Shown here: positions 40,301 through 54,402 of the stretch, one piece after another
How positions within the stretch are numbered: the first letter of the stretch is position 1
Layout: the number at the start of each line of letters is the position of its first letter
Assembly: GCF_000150275.1 (NCBI RefSeq)
Contig: NW_002060946.1
Span: forward strand, 2,251,454-2,315,453
Length of the DNA stretch: 64,000 nt
Reading direction: 5' to 3'
Source: Trichoplax adhaerens
Lineage: Eukaryota; Animalia; Placozoa
Translations under genes and position numbers: made by a program
The notes under the pieces: model-generated
Seen by the model: the letters and a program-made list of their open reading frames with translations, nothing else
Database searches by the model: none
Told to the model about the DNA's origin: nothing

Positions 40301-42378
40301 TATTATGAGATTTCAGAATGATAGAGGAATGATTAACTAGTAACAACAAACTAAAGTAAAGTATCCTGAGCTCAAAGTGGATCGCAATCTCCTATTTTTA
40401 GTTCTTAAAAGTTATTAAGTTAATCTGTTTATGGAAACAACCTTGTCTATACCCAGACTTGATTCATCAAATAAAACACTTCCTCAAGTAAATAATCAAC
40501 ATATTCTAGAATATACTGTATAACTACAGTAATTAAACCTATTCACGTATCATATTAAGGTTTAAAATATATTACTGTATAAGTATCGCATCTATTAGCT
40601 TTAAGTTTATTATATTTACCTATAAAATTTCTAATAAAAAATTGTTTGATTAGATCTGAGCCAATATACCAATTTAGAAAAAAGTGGCGTACATTAAATC
40701 GATGATATGGCTTGTCAATAACTATTATAGCTAATTATTATAGATTAACAGTTCATGTTTTATGTTTCAATCAATTTATGTAAATACTCTACCTGAATAT
40801 TAATAATTTAATTACATACGCGTACAGTACATATGGCTAATATTAAACTGCCACAGTCGTAAAATACCGTGAAAGATAATCAACTGTTGATATTTAGAAA
40901 CATTAGTTCATGTTTGACTTAATAGGAAATTTATAGTAGAGACTGTAGTAAATTAAGCTCTGATTATATTTGGATTATACTTAAATTTGAACGTACTAGA
41001 ATTGAAAATAGTCTGTCTACAGTACTTGGATTATTCGTAGGTGCTAGTACCGATTGTTATGTAAAATTACTAATTATAGCTTATATGTCAAATATAAAGA
41101 TTCAATGCAAAATTATGTTCAACTGAAATAGTAATTCATGCGATAGAAATATCGTAATTAACAGAGCTGGACTTAATTTTTAAGGGATCCTAAATGATAC
41201 ATTTTGGATACGTTGGTATCCATTATTAGTAAATTTACTAAAATTATAACTCTGTATGCTGTCGGGTTATCATAATATCGAAAATCTATTTAAGACCGCG
41301 CCAATGATGAATAAAGCGCCTTTAGTGATTTCTCCAAATTCTTCGTGTGTTGCACTGACTACTTTAGTTGGCTAGGGATTGCCAAAGAAAGTGTACTTCC
41401 TTTATAGTGGATTGCCAAGTGACTTTAAAGACTCTAGATTGGTTCTAGTCTTTATTACCGGTAGCGGTACAGCGGTAGTAGTGATAGAAGAGAAAGTGTC
41501 TCTTCTCATTGTGTTACTGTACTTAGAGAAATTTTAGTCAGTAACATAAGCTAAAGATTGCCACTGTTCCTTTAGCTTTTAACTGCTCTCCAGATACAAC
41601 TTTCAATCCGACTGTTTCTATATTGCTGATAATTACGATTTTCAATATTTGATTCTAAAGTTGTAATGCAAAATTCTTCCTGTACCAACATGGTATGTAA
41701 TATACTAGGCTGCAAGCATACAGAATAGTACACCGACCTGTGGTATTATGGAATTAGTTCCCGTAATAAATTCTTACAAAAGGATATCATATCAATTCCT
41801 TTGCAGATAGAACTCTGTCAAAATCATTTCCAAACCTTAACTCAGTTTCCAGCTGTGGTAAGGTAATTTAGAGTATTTTTTTTGTATTCCATTATACTAA
41901 ATTTTGAAGCTATAATTTTACAGTAGTATTCATTACATGTAAAAAATATATCCTTTTCGACTTTAAAGTCCTTCCTACCTAGCGGAATTCAAAATTTCTT
42001 TGCAGTCCTTTACGTTACAAAGAAAATAATAACTAACTTGCTATTACGGGCGCACTTTATCAATTCAAACACTGCAATAAGTTAATTTTAAAATTTCTTT
42101 CATTAATAGATTTATAACCCAGCTTTCCTGCTGGAAATTATAGTATTGATTTTAGAATACCTTACCTGTAAATACTTCGGTAATTTCTCTATCTGGTTTA
42201 CAACAGAAATTGATCGATGACAATGTCGTGTAGGTGAGTATAAACAATATAAGATTTGATCAGTTGTAAACATTCAGTCCATTCCTGATGAGTCAAATAA
42301 CTTGAAAATATCGTGAACCAAGTTTCCACTACAATTGTTTTGATTTAAATAACTACTTTTAGATTCTTAAAAATGTAT

Positions 42379-43357
42379 TTTTACGGTATTACCATGCAGT
42401 TAGAATAGTTTAATAGTGCAGTTGTAACTAATATGGTAAAATTTCATTATTATATTGTAGGTAAGGTAAGTAATGCCTTAACGTAAGTCTTATTTCTAGC
42501 AGGCTGTCACTTATTTGATATTAATTGTTGTTGGGTGTAGATAGCAGCAAGATGATTCGAATTCTAGTTCACGATAGCTAAACTAGACGGTTAACATGCT
42601 TAGATTAGTGTAACACAGAGTAATATTGTATTCTAAGTTGATGATATATTTAGTAATGTCTACCGTAGTTATTGTCTTCAACGTGTAATAGATATTCCGT
42701 TAGAGGTTTAAGTATTAAATATAGCTAGCTTAGTAACTGTATCCTTTTAAAGAGGAGTGCTACAGTATTCACACTAGAGCTTCACATGAAAGGTGTAAAC
42801 TATCCTGTATTTGAAATGCTAATACTGAGGTGAGTAGCAAGTAAGGTGCTAAGATTGTTAAAGGCGGAAAAATATATAAGTGAGTAGTTCAGTACCGTAA
42901 AATAGCTCTTTCTCCTTAGAGGTCCTCAGCTGATCGATTGCGTTGTATCTTTATGAACGAAGTTTTGTTCAATAAATCTTAATTTTCTAAAGTCTTGAAG
43001 ATTCTTGATTCATCAACCTCATAATTAGATTAATATTATCTATGAGCAGTAGGCTAAAAATATTTACCGATTAAAAAGCTAAGTTAGAAACATTTCAGTT
43101 CCAGATGCCTTCCTTAGTAATACTGTACATAATTAGACCACAATTATTTACAATGTCGATAAATTTTAAACGAACGGGAACGATTCGAGTAAGCTAGTGT
43201 TATGAATGTGTCTGTGCTAATAAAAAAAGTTCTATTTTCACGGTACTTAGCTTGGTGTATGATTTACGTTTAAAAAAGGAGCGCTTAAGTCCATAGATTA
43301 CCTATAGACTTTTACTTTATGTCCCTCTTGTCGCAGACTTAGACTTAATTTATGGCA
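42379..43357 (+). mobile_element. Diverged family D solo LTR with nested insertion
   Basis: Colinear with 25354-25907 on both sides of 42609-43023. Ends ...TATGGCA. TSD TGTAT/TGAAT (4 of 5). Confidence 0.78.
42609..43023 (+). mobile_element. Solo LTR (415 bp) nested in family D
   Basis: TGTAAC...CTCATA ends, perfect TSD ATTAG, TATATAA at about 42873, AATAAA at 42971. Host similarity resumes right after the TSD. Confidence 0.78.
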
Positions 43358-46300
43358 TGAATACCTTAATTCCTTCCGAAAATACCTATAACCCTTATTA
43401 AATGGTTTATCTCATCAAAGTAGTACTACAGTATTACTAAATGTATATTTTAAAAACTGCGCTACTACATTGTCAAAAGAAATTTGATATGCAAATAAAA
43501 GTAATAACTTCAATAGTTAAAAACTAGATTAATAGACAAATTATTTCATTATTTTATTAGACTTGTGTAGTATCGTGTTATGAAATATGAGTCTTCTTTA
43601 TCATACCCATATGTAATTGATTTCTTATATGAATGGTTATTGTAGTGCCTTTAAATAAATTATAATAATTCATGATTTTATACTCTAATATTGCAACCTA
43701 CGACTGTCTGAAAATCAACATCGTACAATCATAAATAGTTTTCAATAATGTCTAGATGAAATGATCAGTCTAGTATGTTGTTAAAGATCTCTATAGCGTA
43801 TTCCGACAGATTTCACATATCGTTACATTTCTAGTGTCTAATCAATCGGTAGGCTTACTGTAATATATGCACATAGATAACCACTAGATTATTAATTTCT
43901 GTTTTATTATAGTAACAGTCAAATAATTTCTTATCTAGCAATTAGTAGTCAGCAGGACTTCAACCTAATATAATCTAATTAGTATAGATTAGGCAAGTTT
44001 AGTTAAGTAACAATTACCAATTACTTACTTTCAGATAATTTGTCTCTTATTTAAAGTATTGCTGATATTCACGTAACTAACACAAGGTTTTGAAAATTTT
44101 TAGCTGTATTAAAATGAAAAGTAATGAAAAATATATCGTAAAATTAAGGAATAGTGTAGGTGGTATTTAAGCATATTACGAACTTTACTAAGCGTAATAG
44201 AATTCCTTCTTAGTTATTTGTGCGCGGCATCATGTAGTCTTCTTTTGTTAGTGTTTAGTATCTAATATGGATAACAATATCGATGCGACGACAGAACTAG
44301 TACAAGAGCCCTACCCTCGAATTATTCAACAACATGAAAGGATCGAACTATTCACAGTTTAAAGTTACTAAGATATATGTAGCCTTGCACTCAAATAAAT
44401 AAATAAAAAATAAATGATATATTTTCCTTGTATAGATAAGATTTTATAGATGCATATGATAACTATGCATTTATGGGAAGTATTTTACGATATTGTTTTA
44501 ATACCAAAACGTAAATAGAATTTCATTTTCGGTTTTTTTTCTAGTTTATGAGTATTAAATTACTGCTGGCGCACTTTTTTGAATCAATGAAGACGTTACA
44601 GGTTCATGTATAATAAATATTCTTTATGAGCTTTTTTAATCAATTTTCGGATATATCTTAAAATACTGTGATATAAAATCAAATTTTCAAACTTCAGTAA
44701 TTTTCCAGTTAATTCAATTTTATCTTCCAACTTGCATTTACGTGAGAAAAAAATAGCAAACTTTACCATAATCTAGCAATCAGACTATCAGATTACATTG
44801 CTTTTTATTAATCAAAGTATATGAATTAATCAGAAGTGTTATTTGATGTCACTTTAAAGCGAATGCAATATAATTCTAATCCTGTCAGCTTCTAAAATAT
44901 AAGAGTAGCTTTTGCTCATTTAATTTTATCGGTGTTTCTATCTTTTATGCATCAGAAGAGTGTTAGTCATATTTTTTTTATTTTCGATTCCATTGTAAAA
45001 ATATTTTTCTAAATTACATTCAAGTCTACGTACAATAACAATCTCTTATTAGGATATTTATTCAATGATATGTTCGTAGATCAAAAACTAATCACATCTA
45101 AACAAGTCGAGACGGACAGTACCGAATGTTTAATTAATAAATGATAGGAATTAGATCAGAAATGTGCTATTATTTAGATTTCTCCTAATAAAAAGGGTAA
45201 AATAAGCATCTTTTGGCTACCTTATTTGATAATTTCATCAATATTTTTCAGTTTCTATTTATTTTACTAAATGGTTAATAAATGATGTCAGTTAGTTCTC
45301 ATTAAAACTGGGACTAACCATAAGGGCTAATATACTTCCTTTCCGATAAATGTTATACTATTATCATTTTATCAAGTTCTAAATAGCACCTACGCAATTC
45401 GAACAAATAGAAATAACGCTTTATGACTTAGTCACAATTAGATCATTTTATCAGCTTTGAGGTTTATCCATGAAATAATATTTAGGTTGCCTGAGATCGT
45501 CTCTGTCTGCCGGGCTTTCAATAGGCAACATAGGTTGATATTGTATCCTAAATTTGTGATCGCGTCAAATAATAAAGACCGGTAATCAATACCTGTGATC
45601 ATCTTCTACGGAATGGATGTCATTCATAAATCACAAGTTTAAAATTACCAATAAAAGATCTATACCTTCGTATTACGTGGCCATTAGAGCAATATTGCCA
45701 AATTTTCAATTTATCAATTAATTTATCAATTAATCCAATAATTATAATTTATAGAACATATATACAACTCATTTCTATGACCAAGTTAAAATGATTGCAT
45801 TTCATTAAATTGCTATTATAAATACACTATTCATGGTAATAGTTATACTAGAAACAATTGCAAAATTGTAGTTACCAAATAAGAATAATGAACGTTGATT
45901 GATTTAGTTTCTTGTTTCTGATTTAATGAAATAAATTTTAGTATTTGATATAGGGTTCTTTAAACTTATGAGTCTTAATAGAATTATTATTATGGGTAAT
46001 AAATCATATCAAAGAAATATCAAAACGGCGTCATTAATTGGTTCCGTTAGGGAAAGTTAAAATCATATGCCAACTCTATTCATCTAGTAAAAACAGGAAT
46101 TTCTTTAGTGTATATTATGCAGGCTGTACTAGTAGCACAGACAAACAATTTAATCATCATTTATTTTTCTACTCTATTTAAATAAAACTTCCGTTAAGAA
46201 ATTTTATGTGAATGGATCAAAGTTATCAAAATAATGCAACGTTATACCAGCGCTGCATATGCTATCAAGTAAAATGAATTCTAATTAATTCATAAATGTT

Positions 46301-48467
46301 CTATTCGTTTTCTTAAATCAATAGATTCTCCATTTCTATAGAATTTAATAATTAAATTGGCACATAAGATAATCTGGAGCTAACTTAATTTTAGTTTAAC
46401 CTTTCTTTGGTTCATGATAGTATTTTAATAATGTTATTATGTGTTGCTGTACTAAATTAGCATATTACAATTTATTGAATCCTAACCATTTATATAAATT
46501 TATTTAAGCTTTAAGTAAGCACGTAGAATACATCTGAGAAATTTTAGTAACAGATTAAATCATTTTAAAGCATTTTGAGTCCAATTCGATTTTAAAGAAT
46601 AATATTCAATTAAATTGCGATGATATGCTATATGTTTACAATTTTATAAGACATCAATAATATTAGTGGCCCTACCCTATTCATTTATAAGTAATCTCCT
46701 AGCCCATTCGTACATTACTGAAATGCCAAACTTAGATTTACTCTTAAACACTAAGTATTGTGTCATTACTTATTTAATTACGACAACTACGCAAAAGTTA
46801 CTCCGTAACAATTAATAACACGTACCATAGTTCGCTTTTCGTAGTATTCTAGCACCGCAATATATTGATACGTTGTTATTGATGGTTTCAGGAAGTAATA
46901 AAAGGATTAAAGCCACGGCTTAAGTTCGTTAGCTCAAATAGACTGTACTGGGAATAAAATTGCATGAGGCTTGCATAATAAGTATATTTGTCAGTAAATT
47001 ATGATACGAACTATTACGTAATAGGAAATTCTTATGCAGTAATCTATATTTCAGTGAAGTTTAGATGTCATGGTCAGTCTTGATAGAAACTTATCGTTAC
47101 TATGGTCTCCTAACGAAAGAAGATCGCCAATAATTGGAGTCGTAATTGTCGAAGAGGACAGAGCTAATTAATAGCTACTGTGGAGTTATAGTAATTATTA
47201 ATGACCAAATTTGTAGATCCGTCAATATATCTAATTTCTTTAGTTAGAAAAAAATCAGAAGTTACCAACAAGTAACTGAACACAAGCTAAATCAAAACAG
47301 ATATATTACCAGCAAGTAACAAGATCAAAACTAGACAAAAACTCATCGATCAATGTAGCTCTCTCTCTGCTATCTTAGCTTACACAGGCCTTAAAAACTG
47401 TCTATTTTTGTGCAGTCATACTCGAGTACAAATTACTAATTTAAAGCAATTGCACTATGTAAAGAACTATATCTACACTAAATATTGATAATTAATATTA
47501 CATATTAGTCATCGTATCAGCGATAAATTTCATTGCGTGAACATAACAGCTAGCTTATAGGTTTAATCCCTCGTTGCAAACCTCGGTTTGTATGATTAAA
47601 GCCATAACCGAAATAGTTAACTCAGACTGGTATGTTTGCAAACGATTGATGTCAAATTCAGTCAAATTACGTAGGTAAAGCATTGTTATGAAAAAAAGAA
47701 TCCTTTTGATATGAAAATCGTCAAACATTTATTAGTAACAATTAGGTTTAACAGGATAAAAAATGATAATTTATAAACAGTTAAGCACTCCTTAGTGACG
47801 ATAATGTATCATCAGGGATCGCGAACAACAATTAATTGCATTTTACTGCAGGCGTCATTACAAGAGAACATCCAGTATTTGAATAAAATGTTTACATTTT
47901 ATTCGATATCCGTTGTTACTAATCAAATATACCGCTTTAAAATATCCACCGGAAGACAAGGTAAATGCTTCAGTAATGTTTCGTTAGCGATAAATAGTTT
48001 TATATTTCAAGTTGAAATCAATGTAAAATAATAGTCAAGAAGTAGCTTGATAATATCGTGAATACTCCTAAAAGTTAATTTATATATTTCCTACGGGTAA
48101 CGCTATAACTTTATAGCGGATGAATGATACCTACATCACACCCATTCTAACTTTACAACGTCTCAGATAAGGTAATGTAACGATCGACTACGAATAATAA
48201 AAGTTAACTAGAATGCTAGCACCCTCAAAATAAAAGTATGATGAAGAGTTTAGTGACAATCATGATCATTGCACAAAAGGTTATTGAAAGAAATTATATT
48301 TTAACATTTTTTCATAAGAATTACAAAGCCATAAATTAATACGGGATAAATTCATGAGACGTTATTAATTAGCACAAGGATATCATCCGCTGTTATCTAA
48401 AACGCAGATACGTGGTGCGCGAATATACCTATACTCTCATATGTACGAATAAGTTCTTCGCAAAATG

Positions 48468-51400
48468 TTAATCACTCTTAGACTTTGTAACGGTAGCGTC
48501 CTTTGTGCTACTTTGTTCTTGTGATGAGGAAGCTGCCTTTCGTGATGCTTGAAAAAAAGCAAGACTACCTCCAAATACAAGAATTGTCCCAAGCCAATGA
48601 TACAGTGTAAATGGGTTATTAAAATATAACACCGAGATGACCAAGTTAGCAAATTTACGTAAAGTTACCACCAAAGTAACAGTTAGCGAGGAACATTCTG
48701 AAGTCAGCACAAAAACGGAACGAATACAGATATACGTGATTTCATAAAAGACATAAAGTTAAGGAAATATTACGATTAGATATTCAATATGAAAAATAAA
48801 ATTGCTGATACCTAATTTATTAATTAAGCCATGCTTGCCACAAACTGCAACGTTGCTTTAGCGATAAATTATACAAATTGTGCAGCAAGGTAAATTTTTA
48901 AACATTAAAAGGATATTGAGTGATAACATTGCAAAATAGCAGGAACCATAACATTGTGAAACCATTTTCAGGCATATAGGAAAAATTCGCATAGGCTACG
49001 CACAGTAAAAAATATTAATAAAGATAACGATAAATAGTAGCAACGATCGAAAATTATTCCACAGAAAGAATGTCATAGTTAAGATTATAATTAAATTAAT
49101 GAGCATCTATAATAATTAGTACTTACGTGGTTGTGAGAATATATTAATATGATGCCTGATATCGCTTTGTAGCAACAAGAACGCAGGCAAAGGTAGTAAG
49201 TGCTGTAACAATTTTATTGATCAAATATTTATAATATTAAGATACGAAATCGTATTGTAAAACGTAAAATTTTTGCAACTTGAAAGCAAGGAAAATCGAT
49301 AAACTGAAATAATTGATAGCTGACCGTATAAAACAAGGCCTCCTTTGGATGCTTCCCGTATTTTTTATATAACTGCTCCTATGAATACAAAGTATTTAAG
49401 GCTCTATTTCAATATGTTGTGTATAGGAATGTAAGTTTAGAAATTACACAGATACAGTGTACGGAATTTAAGACTAAGTTTACCTGTTGAATACCTAAGT
49501 AAGCGGACGTAAATAATGCAATAAAGACCATGATTGTTCCTATGTACGGATAATTTAAATTTTACGATATCAAGCTTTAATTTCACGAAGCCTCATGTAC
49601 TATATGATAATTGTAGTTTACCAATCGTCATTTCATGTAAGTCTGAGTCAATCTGTGCCTTGTCACTAGCCTCTGCTGTCTGGATGATGTCAAGATTATG
49701 CAAAGAATGAATAATTATACTTAGTTTAAGATATCCAAGTCTGTTCATGTCTGGATAATTCATGATTTCACTACTTCAAACTCGTAGTTAAAAGATTAGG
49801 TTCATAAAGCCAATAAAGATTAGTAGGCTTTATAACGAATGTCTGGATTTTATTATGGTTGCAGTCAACATTATTAGTCTAACAGCAAGCATACAATATT
49901 AGATATAGTTGGTCGTAATTTTGAAGATTTTGACAACTCTATATCTACGCTAGGCGTAGATATAGCGGACGATACATGTTAATAAATCTGGTACGTGCTC
50001 TTTCAGATAATTGTTTTGAAAACTTACCTTGGCTGATACAGAGGCCATTGTGCACATAGAAATTCCGATAGTTACTGCAACTACTGCTGCATATGTAGAT
50101 TTTGAATAGCTTTTCTTCAAAAGTAGTATTCCTAAAGTCATATTTGCCAGCAGAGATCCCTTTTACGGTAATAAATAAAACAAAAGTTAAAGACGACTAA
50201 ATTAAATTACTTGAAATCGCTGAGACCGAGTTTAGTTTTGAATTAAAATTAATGTAATCATTAGTATTTTTCTCTAATTTACATCTAGCTATGAGAATGA
50301 CACACATTCAAGTGAGCTACAAGATTTGAAGAATGTAGTTATATCTGCTTTAGTTATAATGTTGGTACAACCTATAATTTCGTGCAACTTCAATTGCATT
50401 ACTGTACATAATTTATTGTGTTGTTGTTCGAAGTGGTGAATACTATATCTCCTTCACATAACTATACTGATAATATTTGACGATAGCAAGATCAATACTA
50501 ACATTTCATACTTCAAAAGATATTTCATCATGTATCACTTCACTTCTATAACCACTCTGTATTACATATGCAACGTTATACACTTACACATCTGTATAAT
50601 GTATAGGAATAATTATGATTATTTATGATACAATGCTACTGTAATAATAATCTTATCTAATAATGTTGACTTCGATGAAAATTATCAAAGTATCATCGTT
50701 TAAATAATTATGGATAGGCCAAAGCAAGCATTTCATAATGAAGATTTCAATAAAAATAAATTAAAGTCTACTTACCGATTTAAGGATGATATGCAACGGT
50801 ATTGGTATACTGAAACTAAGCGCATAATTATTAATGACGCTAGTGCAGAAGAATAGCAGATCCACGAATATGTATGCCCTAGATTGAGTCACATAAGCCC
50901 ACATAGAAACTGAATCAATAAGATCATCAAGCACAAATAATGATATTCTGGACCTATTTGTGAAATCCACGCTACAGATTTTTAGTTTCTTTATCTATTC
51001 CTAATGGATATTTATAGATAAGAGTTGACAAGAATACTTTTAACTTTTTCGTCTCGTTAGTATGATTATAAGGAAAGCTTTCATATATTAATTTACTGTG
51101 AGAACTACTACATGTAAAATGGTCTGATAACTGTTGTATGATCTTATATATAATCCTACTGAATTCAATTTGCATTTTTGATCTTATTACTTGGGTGCTT
51201 GCACAAGCCATATAATGGATTACAGTGTATACGTAGTGTACAAATACTTCAAGAGCAGTACTAATATGGATTACTCAATTATGCACAACAGTAGCAAAGG
51301 GTAAACCTCTATGGTAAATATCATCATAGCCATTCAATATTCTATTCGTGCTGTACATAAAATTGCTTAATATAAGATATTTTTTAAAGTGTAAGACAAT

Positions 51401-53036
51401 AGGAGTCTGTGAAACATTAGCCTTCGACAGGAATGACAAAATTTGCTATCTATTTATTAGAACTATCAAGCAGCACATTTCCTTTTTAATCTCCTGATTT
51501 CAGTATCTTGGAAGCCAGAGCTATATTGTTGCGTTGATGCTGTATTAGTTATCTATTGCCTACGAGTAATGGTTTTACTCAAGTTGAGCTATCGATGATA
51601 ATACCTGGTATAAAGTAATTTTGATAATTCTTAATTGAAACTAATGACATCTTCAATTATGTTACAGTTTCAACTATAACAGATTGTCTACGAGTATAAC
51701 GGTAGAACGATCTACAAGTAACTATAATCAATTCAAATTAATCGCTTCCGTTTTAGTTTAGACGATAACAGCATTAGAGATGATAGATGAGGTCATTTTG
51801 ATCTACCGATTACAAAATACTCAATGCTGCACTTCATTATAATAAATTGCTTCCATTGCCATATAGTTTTCCGTTAGGATGATGATGGCGCTAGTGATGA
51901 TGTAAAAATGTAAGTGATCTACAAGTTTCAAAATTGATTTGAATCAATCACTCACACTAACTTGCTTGGTTAAAAGTGTCCTGCATAGCTTAGTTTAGAT
52001 TCATAAGTGACTACTTTTAATTCATTCTAAATTTAATCGCTACTACTGCAATCTTAATTTGAATCAATCGCTCAACTAATTTGGTTAAAAGTGCCCTGCA
52101 TAGCTTAGTTTACGATTCATAAGTGATTACTTTTAATTCATTCTAAATTTAATCGCTACTACTGCAATCATTTTCGTTCAAATGATAATAATGGAAAGAG
52201 TAACATAGAGCCCTACTACTGCATACTCTTCTATATGTAATCATTTGTCGCTTGGGTAACGAAACTAGAGCAGAACCGTGATAGCAACTAATTTTTGAGG
52301 ATGCCTCTATACAGTATTTACAGTTTCGATGACCAAAAACAATCCCTATTTCTCAATCTAGAGGATGGCAATGACGAGTTGACTTAAATGATGAGCAGAG
52401 CAATCACAGAAACACTGTGCAATCGGCGTAGTCTAATAGCAGAATACGCGTATCATCAATTTGTAACTTCATATAAGAGGATTTATTGCTACGTCATGTT
52501 TAATACAAGTATAGCCAGTGCTCTATGAGAATAACGATAAAACTACACTCAATCCTGTTACTAAAAGGATTGATCAAGATGAACTGGCTGCAAACAGTAA
52601 TGCAAACAGTTCCAGATGGGGAATTTTGAAGGTAGGAGGAAATGAATTCATCCATAAGTTATGAAAAAATATATACCAGTATAACTGCTAGAACTTACGA
52701 AATAGGAACGACAGGTTTGATTCGGCCGAATTTTGAGGTAGATATAAAACCTTGGACAGCAATATAAAGAAACTGACTGAATGTAATTAAGTTTCCAGCA
52801 CCTTTATCTAGCCTAGAGGATGAATATAACAACATGACCAAGCAAAGCATGAAAGATAAACACTCATGGCAAGATAGGAAAGATAGATTAATCAAGATAA
52901 TATGTACGACTTCTCATTCGTCCATGGTGACAAAATAATGAGAAGATACTTACTTAATCATCATTTCTAACGTGATTACATTACATCCACAGCCTACAAA
53001 GACTAAAAATATAGCAGCACCGACTTTGGCAGACAT
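48468..53036 (-). CDS. SLC35B4: UDP-xylose/UDP-GlcNAc nucleotide-sugar transporter (SLC35B4 family), 340 aa
   Basis: Exons (minus): 52954-53036, 52699-52812, 50776-50878, 50028-50159, 49622-49679, 49484-49539, 49325-49378, 49127-49202, 48917-48995, 48468-48735 (1023 nt). Motifs VFVGCGCNVITLE, GNLITFSQFLYIA, NNYALSFSIPIPLHIILKSGSLLANM, YGKHPKEALFY, SSLTVTLVVTLRKF, YFNNPFTLYHWLG match recalled human SLC35B4. Ends in KSKSD. Confidence 0.95.
48736..48916 (-). other. U12-type (minor spliceosome) AT-AC intron in SLC35B4
   Basis: Minus-strand donor ATATCCTTTT at 48916, branch point TTCCTTAAC at 48766-48758, acceptor CAC ending at 48736. Splicing restores ...NVITQ|YICIR... Confidence 0.93.
51937..52169. 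repeat. Near-perfect 120-bp tandem duplication in SLC35B4 intron 2
   Basis: atttgaatcaatc...ctactactgcaatc occurs twice. Confidence 0.85.
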
Positions 53037-53176
53037 GTTTAGAGTGCTTAATTGCGAGAGAAGTGAGCAGCAACCTGAGGCCAACCTTGACAGTAGTCGA
53101 TTAATGGAAAGAAATGGTAGTAATTCGGACTGGTTGCTGCATGCATTGAAATATTAATCTGTCCATCAGTCTCTCA

Positions 53177-53190
53177 GTAGCCTTGGTAAC
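53177..53190. promoter_or_regulatory. Candidate RFX X-box
   Basis: GTAGCC-TT-GGTAAC fits GTNRCC-N0-3-RGYAAC and lies about 140 bp upstream of the SLC35B4 ATG. Confidence 0.4.
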
Positions 53191-53534
53191 CGAAGATACC
53201 AATTGGCTCTTGCTATATTTATTTAATTTTTATTGCAATTTTTATTTCTTTCAAATTTCCCCAGTACAAACGATCAATTGCTCCATCCATTTTACAAGTC
53301 ACGTCGTAATACCTGTCTATACTGAACATGATGTCATAAATCAAAGTTGGAGCAGGAATCCAAAGAGCTTGGTGCTACAACTGGAGCTCGAACTCACTGT
53401 CGGTTTGGTTATGCGTGCATACTAGCACAAGCTAAACTTGCAATATGGTGGTGTACTGTAATTTAAGAAGGTTATAGTACAGCATTGATAGTGCAGCAGC
53501 TTATTTTGCACACTTCCCTTGACTATACTAGAGA

Positions 53535-54402
53535 ATGTGGACCTAAATCGCCGTCGTGAGCTATAAAGATAGTATATATGCTATGGTATTCGTCATAAAA
53601 CTATCATACTGTAGGATCTACTATCGTCAAAGTTATACTGTACACTGAGTGAGAGTGTTCAGTTCACTGTGCACAGTACAGGAGCAGGAGTCATCATCAA
53701 GTTATGGACAGCTCGATATCACACCTTGTACTCGGCCATTTATGTGGTGCTTATGTCGATAACACATGATTAAAGAGCCCTATGGTAATTTATCATCAAG
53801 CTATCATACTGTAGCAGCAGTCATCCACTTGTAGACAGCTCGATATCATGCCTTGCACTGGCATTTATGTGCTTATGTCGATAGCATATGGTTAAAGAGC
53901 TGTAATGATGTAACTATTGCTTCATTTTGCTAGAGTAGGGAACGGAATTGAGGAGAAATTTCACTTTATCTCTACGCAATAATGTTGTCACCGGTAAACA
54001 GACTCACTTGCAGCCATACTGTAGGCAATAATTATAGGTACCGAGAGCGACATAAGTTTTGCTAGCTCTAACAGTAAACATTCAGTCATCACTCATCAGT
54101 TGTCAAGTTATGAACAACTCTGAGTCAAATATCATATTGTACTGTGTATACGGCTGTAGGGTAAATTAGTCGCAAAAATAGTGTCACATAGTGCCTACTG
54201 TCGAAAGTCATCGGGAAAGTGGACCTAAATCGCTGTCTTGAGCGCATACTTTATGATAATTCATCATAAAACTATCATCCTGTAGCAGCAGTCATCCACT
54301 TGTAGACAGCTCGATATTATGCCTTGTACTGGCATTTATGTGCTTATGTCGATAGGATATGATTAAAGAGCTGTAAGGATGTAACTATTGCTTCATATTG
54401 CT
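53535..54402. repeat. Patchwork direct repeats upstream of SLC35B4
   Basis: 53781-53930 is almost identical to 54251-54402, with a partial third copy at about 53690-53790. gtggacctaaatcgc occurs at about 53537 and 54219. Confidence 0.8.

Noticed and set aside
46440-46859. Minus-strand solo-LTR candidate (TG...CA ends, TATA and AATAAA)
   Set aside because: The flanks do not form a TSD and there is no second copy in the window.
37400-48400. Hidden gene in the 11-kb intergenic region
   Set aside because: Candidate exons (e.g. near 42166-42330) contain stops and no recognisable protein emerged. Small exons or ncRNA cannot be excluded without RNA-seq.
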